This document shows, piece by piece, positions 31,001-43,000 of a stretch of 64,000 nt of DNA. Under the pieces are notes generated by a model that worked only from the letters and a program-made list of their open reading frames with translations, ran no database searches and was not told the DNA's origin. This stretch comes from Nitrosopumilaceae archaeon (GTDB lineage Archaea; Thermoproteota; Nitrososphaeria; Nitrososphaerales; Nitrosopumilaceae). The DNA is taken from assembly GCA_965209085.1 (NCBI GenBank), contig OZ242376.1, positions 992,001 to 1,056,000 of the forward strand, read 5' to 3'. Numbering within the stretch: the stretch's first letter is position 1; every line of letters starts with the position of its first letter. The position numbers and the translations under genes are program-made.

Positions 31001-34000
31001 TGCAATATGTTGTGGTTTTCAGAGCCAATCAGGGATATTCTAGGTGCGATTGTATCGATGAATATGCGACTGTTCTGCGGTATGGCACTCTCTGTTACAA
31101 ACAGGGTTGTACCCTCAGCGTTTGCAACCTGTATTGCAAAGGTTGCATATGATTCTGTTTGTATGGATGGTACGGTTAATGTGGCATTATAATTGGCACC
31201 ATTTAGGGTTACACTAGGGGTTAATCCCAGTATTTGGCTTGTATGAGATGAGATTATATTATTTACGGTAAATTGTACGGTGAGTGTATCGCCTGTTTTG
31301 GCATATGTTAGATTTGCATTGTTGCTAGTTATGTTAACCGTTGATTGTAATGATTCCAGTTTTATGATTTGGAGACCATCATTATTTGAGGCTATAAATG
31401 CATATATTTTGCCATTTATGGTTGCAGTAATAATATCTCTTGGGTTATCCAGATTTACATAACCGCCAGTATTATCCGTGAGAGAATATGTAGGTTGGGG
31501 GTTGTATGGGTCTGTAATGTCTATGATTTGGACGCCATCATCAATAATGGATACTGTCAAAGCATAAACTGATGATCCTACAGTTACGGTGGTGATCCTA
31601 TATGGACCATCTAGTTCATCATAGCCATCTATTCCATCTGTTACGCTTGATGCATTTGATGGGTTGTATGGGTCTGTAATGTTTATGATTTGGATGCTAT
31701 CATCATTAAAGGATGCCACCAAGGCATAAACTGATGATCCTACAGTTACGGTGGTGATGCCATATGCACCATCTAGTTCATCATAGCCATCTATTCCATC
31801 TGTTACACTTGATGCATTTGATGGGTTGTATGGGTCTGTAATGTTTATGATTTGGACGCCATCATCATTATTGGATGCCACCAAGGCATAAACTGATGCA
31901 CCGATTGTTACAGTGGTAATGTCAAATGCGCCTCCTAGTTCCAAATAACCATCCGTATCATCGGTAAGGTAGGATACATTTGAGGGGCTGAGGGGGTTTG
32001 TAACGTCTATGATTTGGACGCCGTTTGTAGGAGAGGCCGATGCAAACAGTGCAAAAGTTGAGGCACCTATTGTTACGGTTGTAACGCTTTGTGCATTGTA
32101 TAGTCGCGGATACTCTGTGCCGTTTACAAGTGTTGCAATAACAGAGGGGGATGCAGGTGAGCTGATGTCGAGTATACTAGTATTACCGATACCACCTGCA
32201 GCTATGGCATATTGGGTATTATCTATTGTAAAGATGGATGTTTTGTATGCAGGTATGAAACCGGTATTATTAAATACTATACTAGGTAATGCAGGATTTG
32301 TAACGTCTGCAATAATCCATGCTGCGCTGGATCCTTCCGTTAACAAGGCATATGTTTTACCACTTGTTTCAAACAGATTGATGGTAGTAGGAGGTATATT
32401 GGTTGAAAAATCAGTACCTTTTGTTAGTATTCCACTCGGAGAGTGGATAAGTTTAGTTTCAAGTGCCAATTGCGCTACATTCAAAACATTCACAGTACGG
32501 GATATGGTGTTACCTGGATTTCCTGCAACATCTGCAGGAGCTGCATAGGTTAGCGTGTACGTACCTATTGTATTTGTATTTACTGTATCACTGCTGTATA
32601 CTATAATGTTCTCATACGAGGCATCTGATGCAATAGCACCCGGATCCGTAAAAATAGCCCCCTTTGCAACGTTTACATTGTCTGTACCGCGCAGCGATAT
32701 GGCAGGTCTTATTGTATCAATTGTAACGTATGAATTGTCAGTTATTTCAGAGTTTGTCACGTATAAGATATTCCCTCTAGCATTTTCCAATAAAATGGTA
32801 AACATTGCATCACCGTTTGGACTTTGATCAGATATTGTAGCAGAAAGGGTCACAGTATTGCCAGATATAACAGGTGTAGCATTTGTGCCAAACAGCGTAC
32901 CGCTTACACTGGTCGGATCAAAGCTGTCCAAAACAAGTGTGAGTGATACTGTCTGCCCGGCGCGTGCAAAATTATCACTGCCAGTGCCTGATATGCCCAA
33001 AGATGTAACAAGTGTTTGCAAGCTATTCGATACGGTAACTGTTCGTGTTATACTAGGACCGGCATTTCCTGCCCCATCAGCTGCAGCAGTATACGTGTAC
33101 GTTACTGTAGAGTTTATCACGCTAGTATCCAAAGTGCCGATGATTACAGTAGTAAATGTATAAGGATAGTTTGGGTCCCCATCAGTTATGATTACACCAG
33201 GGATGGACGGATCAATTGAATTCAAAGGTACCATAAAAGATGAGTTGCCAATGAGGGATATTTCAGGTGCGATTGTATCGATGAATATGCGACTGTTCTG
33301 CGGTATGGCACTCTCTGTTACAAACAGGGTTGTACCCTCAGCGTTTACAACCTGTATTGCAAAGGTGATATTTGATTCAACAGGGGTGGCAGGTACTGTT
33401 ACTGTAGCGTTATAATTGGTACCAGTTATGGTTGCATTGGGGGTTAATTCGAGTATTTGGCCTGCATGCGATGAGATTGTATCATTTACGGTAAATGCAA
33501 TTCCCAATGTATCACCTGCTTTGGCATATGATTGGTCAGGATTACTGGTAGTTGAGATTACAGCAGAGGATCTCACACTTATGATTTGCAGACCATCATA
33601 TAATGATGTCACAAGGACATATGTTAAATCATTTATGCGTGCAAGAGCAATATCAGATGTACCATTCAGATTTGTATATCCACTAGTATCATCTGCAATA
33701 TTGTATGCCGGTAACGGGTTTTGTGGGTCTGTAATGTCTATAACTTGGATGCCATTATCACCATTTGATGCCACAAAGGCATACGTGGATAATCCTATTT
33801 GTTTTGCGACTATAGATAATGGGGCATTTAGTGTGTCATATCCGTCTATTCCGTCAGTAACTGAAGATACAGGGGAGGGGTTGTATGGGTCTGTAATGTT
33901 TATAATTTGGACGCCATTATCAGTTTTGGCTGCCACTAGGGCATACGTTGAGCCATCTATTGCTATCGTAGTGACATCCCATGCACCATCTAGTTCCGGA

Positions 34001-37000
34001 TATAATGTACCATCTGTAACCGAAGATGCAGGGGAGGGGTTGTATGGGTCTGTAATGTTTATGATTTGTACACCATTATCAACACTGGCTGCCACTAGGG
34101 CATACTGTGAGGATCCAATTGTTACGGTGGTAATGCCTTGTGCGCCATCTAGTACAGGGTATGTTGTACCATCTACTATATTTGATACATGTTTTAGACT
34201 GTCGGGGAATGTAGCGTTTACGATTTGGACGCCTTTATCAGTATTTTGGGAGGATATCAGGATATACGGTGTGGATCCTATTTTTATAGTGGTAACGCCA
34301 GTTGGAGAATTTACTGTCGGATATAAAGATCCACCGTCTATAGAACGGAGTACGGATGGTGATGCAGGATTGCTGAGATTGTAAATATTAACGCGGCTAG
34401 TAAAAGTTGACATGATGCCATACGGCAGACCGTCTACTGTAAGGATGGCCGAATCATGCGTAATAAAGCTGCCAATATTTTGTTCAGATATAACACTAGG
34501 TAATGCAGGATTTGTTATATCTAGAATAAAGAAATCATTGTTTGTATTAAATCCGTTGGTTACAAGAGCATATGTTTTGTCATTTATTTTAAACGGGTCT
34601 ATAGAGTTAAAGGTATAATCGCTGCTAAAATCAACGCCTCTGGTTAATTTTCCAGATGGAGATATAGATTGAAATTCAAGATCTAATGGCGGCACATCAA
34701 GGACATTCACAGTACGGGATATAGTGTTACCTAAATTTCCTGCACCATCTGCAGGAGCTGTATAGTTTAGCGTGTACGTACCTATTGTATTTGTATTTAC
34801 TGTATCATTGCTGTATACTATAATGTTCTCATACGAGGCATCTGATGCAATAGCACCTAAATCTATGAAATTGGCCCCGCGTGCCAGGGTTATATTTTCA
34901 GTACCGAGCAGAGATATCTCAGGTTTGATGGTATCAATGGTAACATACGAGCCATCCTTTATATCGATATTGGATATGCTAATTTGATTTCCGCTAGAGT
35001 TTGTCACGGTAATTGAAAATGTAGCATTTCCATCATCGCCAGATACGACAGTGGCAGTAAATTCAGCAGAACCGCCGGTTGTATCATTTACCAACTCTCT
35101 TCCAAGCAATGTTCCAGTGATATTGCCCAAATCGGAACCATCTGTGACAAGAGTGAGGGTTATGATTTTGCCTGCATTTGCATAATTGGTGCCTGATGAG
35201 CTTGCAATACTCAGCGAGTTGATTGTAATTGGTTCAGTCTCAACCACTGTAACTGTACGGGATATGCTATCTCCGAGATTTCCTGCATTATCAGCATCTG
35301 CCGTATACGTGTAAACAAAAACAGCGCCAAGTATGCTGGTATCAAGTGGAGGGTTTACTGTGGCGGTGTAAGTTCCCGAATAGTTTGGATCACCGTCTTT
35401 TGCAGTGGCACCGGGATCTGCATATGTGCTGCCTAAAACTATGGTTCCGTTTGCAGATCCTATCAGGGTTATGTTTGGAGGTATGGTATCGACAAATACG
35501 TTGGGACCGGTTAGATTATCTTCTGTAACAGTCAGGGTTGTTCCGTTGATGTTTGTAACAGTAAAGGTAAATGTAGCGTTTGATTCGGTTGCATTATTTG
35601 GAGTATTTAAATCTGCAAAGAGTTGACGGTCATTGCCACTAGTAATAAATTGAGTATCGGGGTCAGTGTTTAGAATTTGACCCGTATAGGTTATAATTGT
35701 ATAATTTACCGTCAACTCTAGATCCAGTCTATCGCCTGCTTTGGCGTATGATTTGTTGGTATTGAAAGATGTTATGGTAAACTCTGTGATACCAATTGGC
35801 AGTGTATCCTGTACGATAACATTCCGTGTTATGGTAGATCCTGTATTGCCTGCAGGATCATCTGGTGCAGTATAAGTGAGGGTATAATTACCAACTATTG
35901 CAGTATTTACATTGCCGGCTCCGGATACTTGTACGCTACTTGTTGCATATGATGCATCAGTTGCTGTGGCACCTGGATCCGTATAGGGGGAATTTGTTGC
36001 AACGCGAGTGTTGTTTTCACCGTTTAATGTTATGCTAGGTGCAGTTGTATCTATGGCAATATTTGATCCAGTCAGGTCTCTATTTGTAAATGTTGTAAAT
36101 GTGGAATTATCCTCGTTGTATGCGGTAATCAAAAATGTGACGCTGGCAGTATCGACAAAGGTTCCAGCAACTGTTACCGTGGCGGATGCATTATTGCCAG
36201 TGACAGTATATGCAACAGGATTGTTGGCAATTGTTCCTACAATATAATCAATCGTGCCGTTTGTAGCAAGCGTTACTATAATCACATCCCCGTCTTTGGC
36301 AAAAGAGGTGTTTACATTGTTGGATTCAATTGTCAGCGAATTCAGACCCAGAGGTTTTGCAAATACTGTAACTGTTCTAGTTTGTTGATCCGGCTCGTTA
36401 CCTGCAACATCCGCAGTGCCAGTATAGGTAATGTTTTGTGGGCCAAGTATCGCGGTGTTTAATGATGTGTTAGATACGGAACCTGCATATGATGCATTGT
36501 TACTATCTGATATTGTGGTGCCCGGATCCTGATATGTCTCACCCTGGAATACAGAACCTGCACCGCCAGTCAAAACAATTACGGGTTTTATCGTATCTAT
36601 TGTGACAAACGAGCCGTCTGTGGTGTCAGTAGTTATTATTGAAATTTGGTTGCCGCTAGAGTTTGTCACGGTAATTGAAAATGTAGCGTTTTCATTTGTA
36701 TCACCTAGCTGGACGGTAACAGTAAAGGTGGCATTGCCGCCGTTTGTAGTATTTGTAGATGATCTACCAAGCAGTGTTCCAGTAAAGTTGCCAAGATCCG
36801 AACCATCAGTGGCAAGTGTGAGGGTTATGATTTTGCCTGCATTTGCATAATTGGTGCCTGATGAGCTTTTAATAGTCAGCAAGGTAACATTTATTGGGTC
36901 AACATCCACTATCCGAACGATTCGGGTTGTGTTATCTCCGGGATTTCCTGCATTATCATCATGTGCTGTATACGTGTATTCGTAGATTGCACCAGGTATT

Positions 37001-40000
37001 GCAGTACTAAATGTGCCGTTTATGGTGGTGTTGTAAGTGCCCGAATAGTTTGGATCACCGTCTTTTGCAGTGGCACCCGGATCAGTATATTCGCTGTCTA
37101 AAACTATTCCACTGTCTGCAGGTCCTATCAGGGTTATGTTTGGAGGTATTGTATCGACAAATACGTTGGAACCAGTTAGATCGTTTTCTGTTACAGTCAA
37201 GGTTACTCCGTTGGCATTTGTAACCGTAATGGTAAAAGTGGCGTTTGATTCGATTGTACTAGTTGGAATTACACGACTTGCTGCGAGGGTACTACTTGAC
37301 GAAGAATTAGTAGTGAGTGAACCGTTTTGAATTTGTACCGTATCGCTTGTAATGGTATCGTTTATCACCAACGTTAGAGTCAGCACATCGCCAGCTTTTG
37401 CGTATTGGGTGTTTTGGTTGGAAGATGTAAATGTTAATATGTTAATTTTAATTGGCGGTGCATCCTGTACTGTAACAGTCCGTGTTATGACAGGTCCAAT
37501 ATTACCTGCAGGATCATCAGGTGCAGTATAAGTGAGAGTATAGATGGCATTTGTTGTAATATCTAAATTGCCGGTTCCGGATACCTGTACGCTATCTGTT
37601 GCATATGATGCATCAGATGCTGTGGCGTTTGGATCCTCATATGGTTGATTCCTGATAACAATGGTGTTGTTTGCACCGTTTAATGTTATACTTGGTGCAG
37701 TCGTATCTATAGTGACATATGATCTGTCTGTGATGTTAGCATTTGTTACTGATATTTGGTTGCCACTAGAGTTTGTCATGGTAATTGAAAATGTAGCGTT
37801 TTCATTTGTATCACCGGACTGGACGGTAACAGTAAAGGTGGCAACGCCGCCGTTTGTAGTATTTGTAAATGATCTATCAAGCAGTGATCCAGTAAAGTTG
37901 CCAAGATCCGAACCATCAGTGTCAAGTGTGAGGGTTATGATTTTGCCTGCATTTGCAAAATTGTTTCCAGAAGAGCTTGCAATACTCAGCGAGGTAACAT
38001 TTATTGGTTTAACGTCAACCACTGTAACTGTACGGGATATGCTATCTCCGAGATTTCCTGCATTATCAGCATCTGCCGTATACGTGTAAACAAAAACAGC
38101 GCCAAGTATGCTGGTATCAAGTGGAGGGTTTACTGTGGCGGTGTAAGTTCCCGAATAGTTTGGATCACCGTCTTTTGCAGTGGCACCGGGATCTGCATAT
38201 GTGCTGCCTAAAACTATGGTTCCGTTTGCAGATCCTATCAGGGTTATGTTTGGAGGTATGGTATCGACAAATACGTTGGGACCGGTTAGATTATCTTCTG
38301 TAACAGTCAGGGTTGTTCCGTTGATGTTTGTAACAGTAAAGGTAAATGTAGCGTTTGATTCGGTTGCATTATTTGGAGTATTTAAAAATGCAAGGAGTGT
38401 AATGTAGGTTTCAGCAAATAAAGTATCTGGGTTAGTGTTTAGAATTTGACCCGTATAGGTTGTAATTGTATCATTTACCGTCAACTCTAGAGTCAGTCTA
38501 TCGCCTGCTTTGGCGTATGATTTGTTGGTATTGGCAGTTGTAATGGTAAACGCTGTGATATCAATTGGCAGTGTATCCTGTACGATAACATTCCGTGTTA
38601 TGGTAGATCCTGTATTGCCTGCAGGATCAACAGGTGCAGTATAAGTGAGGGTATAGTTGTCAGCTGTTGCAATATCTACAGTGCCGGTTCCGGATACTTG
38701 TACGCTACTTGTTGCATATGATGCATCAGTTGCTGTGGCACCTGGATCCGTATAGGGGGAATTTGTTGCAACGATAGTGTTGTTTTCACCGTTTAATGTT
38801 ATACTAGGTGCAGTTGTATCTATAGTGACATGTGAGCTGTCTGTGATGTCAGCATTTGTTACTGATATTTGGTTGCCACTAGAGTTTGTCACGGTAATTG
38901 AAAATGTAGCGTTTTCATTTGTATCACCGGACTGGACGGTAACAGTAAAGGTGGCAACGCCGCCGTTTGTAGTATTTGTAAATGATCTGCCAAGCAAGGT
39001 TCCGGCGATATTGCCCAAATCAGAACCATCAGTGGTAAGAGTGAGGGTTATGATTTTGCCTGCATTTGCATAATTGGTGCCTGATGAGCTTGTAATACTC
39101 AGCGAGGTAACATTTATTGGGTCAGCATTAACAATCGTAACGCTTCTTGTCTGGTTTTCAGGTATATTACCAGCTGAATCCGCTTGTGCTGAATACGTGA
39201 CCAAATAACTAGCACCCAATACCGCACTGTTTATATTTTCAGATACGGTTGCGGATGTTTGTACATAGTTTGGATCATTGTCAGTTACTAGGGATCCATC
39301 ATCAATGTAAGTTGCATCTAGTGTCAAACTTTTATCGCTAGAACCTATCAGGGTTATTACCGGAGATTGTGTGTCTATATTGACATTGCTTGCAGTAATG
39401 TCCAATTCAGTTACAGTTTTTGTATTACCTGCACCATCAGAGATTGTAATGGCAAATACAGACGGGCCATTTGACGTATTCTCATCAATGTTCACACTGG
39501 CAGTGATGGTATTGCCAGGTACATTGGTTTGCGGTGTTTTTCCTAGTATGTGTCCATTTAGAAAAGATACAGGTTCATTTGCAACCAATGTGAGTGTTAT
39601 AGTATCAGATGATTTTGCAAATGCAGAATTGATATTGTCTGATGTGATAGAAAGTGAATTTAATGATGGCGCGATGGCATCTGTTGCAGTTACAGATCCA
39701 GAGTTTGCAATATTGCCTACAATATCAGATACACTCCCAATCAGTGTTATAACAGGTGTTGCATCTGCAGTAATGGGATCAGTTTCTATTCTCACCACAT
39801 TGTTTAAAACTGTTGCAGCAATTGCACTGATGCTGCCACTATCTATAGAAAAGTCGTTAGCGTTCAGGTTAGTGGAAGAAATGTCTTCATTGAATGTTAT
39901 TTCAATCGACGTTGTATCTAGTGTTCTAGCAGAAGACATGAAAGGTGGGGTTGTATCAGATATAGTAATTTGTTCTTTAAGCATTGCCAACCCCGTAATA

Positions 40001-43000
40001 TCACGCATTAATCCACTCATTTGTAACGTAGAGTTTGGCTGTAGTTTTCTATCAAATGTAAGACTGGTTGAGAGATTATCATTAGAAGTTGTAATACTGG
40101 TGATTACTCTTTGTGTCACATCTTTACTACCTACACCCTGAACCAAATCTATGAACGTTATCTCAAAGTCTTCTTCACTTATCAGGTCTTTACGTATTGG
40201 TTCGCTGTACGAGATATTCAAGTTGTAATAGTTGTCATATTCAGCTGATGTAATCGTTGGACGTATTCCGTCAGACACAGTTATGGTTGTTCCAATTGTG
40301 ATATTACTAGGTTGATACCTCGGAATACCAATATTAGTATCGGATATGTTGCCAGATATTGTTATAATAGGTGTGCTATCAGATGGCAGTTGATCTGTCG
40401 TAACCAAAATTATCTTGTTACGTTCAACTGATGCGCTTTGTAAAGACAATGAATCAGATAGTGTAAAGTCGGTCGTCTCAACATCTGCCATGTTTTTACT
40501 TAGTGTCAGAATGATCTTATTTCCATCGCCAGTTTCTGCCCTCAGTATTCTCGCAGGCAACAGAGTTTGATCCACTTTAATCGTAAAGTTTTTCAAAGCA
40601 ATGTTTTGCAGGTTATCAACAAAATTTTCTCTAGGGGCAAGTATTAGGTCTAGATTTGACTGGTTGAAAACAAATGGTAGGGGATCGGCGGGATTACCAT
40701 TAAATTGTATACCCAGATAACCATATACAGGGGTGATATGTGCTGGTTTCTTGTCATTTATTGTATAACCAGACACATCAAAAGTGACTATGTTATCATC
40801 AGACAACAATATCATAGTAAGAAAAATATTGGTGGATCCTCCATCATAACCCCAAAATGCGTTTATAGGGTATGGTCCCACTGTATCTGGTACGGTATGT
40901 GCAGTATACTCTATAGAGTTGCCACTACCATCTTTTATTACAGAATCAAGTATCTCAATGAGGGGAGTATCAACACTTGACAAAACGGTTGTGTTTAACA
41001 GTACAGTATTGCCAGATATTGCCGCATTTTTTACAACAGCGATAGCACTCGTGTTAGATATGCGAAAACTGTCAACTTTAAACTCAGTATCAGCTATAAT
41101 AGTTTCTGAAAATTCAATACTTAACGAGGTGTTTGATGCATGTGTAATGCTAGTTATTCTAGGAGCAACGCCGTCCTCTGCTGTGGTAGATACGTTAGTT
41201 GGAACTAGTTGTAATTGTATGTCTCCAGATACCGCATCTATAACAACGTTTGATGTTTTGGCAGTGTCTGTAGTATTGGTTTTTATTATAACATGAGGTA
41301 TGTTGTCATTATATCCTGCAAAAGAGAGTACATGCAGACCGCCTCGAGCGTTGAGATAATTGGCGCCGAGTACAATGTTTGGTGCACCGTTGGAATTTAA
41401 ATCTCCTAGTACAGCTATAGAACGTGCGATTTGAGAATTGCGTTGGAATTCAGTGTTGCGAGGTTCTAGAATTAAATCATCTATCGTTGCACTTGAAATT
41501 TCATAATACCCGTTTACAGATGTTCCGTTTGCTCCAAGGGATAATACATAAAATGCACCTGCAGTTTGAAAATTCGGAGTTTCGGGGGCAGATATTATCA
41601 TGTCGGTGTAGCCATCACCATTTATATCATTTAGTTTTGCTATGGATGACCCAAAAGCAACTGCTGGGCCAAAATCAGGTGGAAAATTTGAACCATGTAT
41701 ATTCATTCTACTAATATCTAGTATAGTTTCTCCGCGTTCACCTAGATGTATTGTGTATATAAAACTGTCCTTAGTTGCAGAATCGATGCTAGTTATCATG
41801 ACATCCGTATATCCATCATGGTTTAGATCACCCATGTTTTCAACAGCTACTCCAATAAGGGTCTCAGGGTGGTTTGGAAATGATGGAACTTGACTCTGTA
41901 TTACAGATAAATTATATTCAATTGTCTTTATCGGGAGACCATCACTGCCAAGATGCATGATGAAAAAAGAACCAACAACTATGGATGTATTTATACCGTT
42001 TTCAATGATAAAAGCAGGTGTGTTTATAGCTGAAACTAGAATGTCTTGTATTCCATCAGTATTTAGATCACCCATGTTTGTAATAGCAGTACCAAAGCCT
42101 AGACCGTTGTGTATTGTACTGTTAATATCGGCATATCCTAACACGCTAGAACCGTTTGGTCCAAGAAACAGCACGTACACAGAACCAAAAGCATCACCAT
42201 CAACCCGTACAGCACTGGCACCTACGGCGATATCCGTAAAGCCGTCACCGTTTATGTCGCCCAAATTTTCTAGAGATAAACCAAATCTTGAACCCAAGGT
42301 AGTATTATCGATTTTTGATAGTTCTGGCATATTTTCAGAGTCGCCGTCAAATAAAAATACGTCCAAAATAGACTCGGCATTTTCTCCCAAATGTACTATT
42401 GCTACGGCCCCACCCGCAGATGACTCACTTGCGTGTTTTGGTATTCCTACCATGATATCCTCGTATCCATCATCATTGATGTCACCCAAAGGAGATACAG
42501 CATATCCAAAATCATCATAGTATTTTATAAATTCTAAACCTGGCGTCGTACTGTCAAAAGTTGTTATTGATTTTATTTGTCCAGATATAGCCGCAGATTT
42601 CACACTTGCGCCATCCACTGTTATAGCAGAAGTCAAGGTGTTGTTTCCACTAAAAAAAGCATGCTGGTTGGTATTAAATCTCAACAAAATTGTTTCATTG
42701 TCGACATGTTTTGCACTAGCGGTTAACGAAGGGTCTTGTACGAACACCGTTCTAGTTTTACTAAAGGGTACATTTCCTGCGCCATCATTAGGTGCGGTAT
42801 ATTCCACAATAAACGTACCTATTGTACCAGTTGTTATAGATGAAGAATTGTCAGTTATTGTACCAGAATAAAGCGGATCACCATCAATTGCACTAGCTCC
42901 AAATTCCGTATAAGATTCACCCTGTGTAACGAATACGCCAAATGGACCGTTTAATGTTATGACAGGTATGCGTTTATCCACAAATACTGGCGTCGTACCT

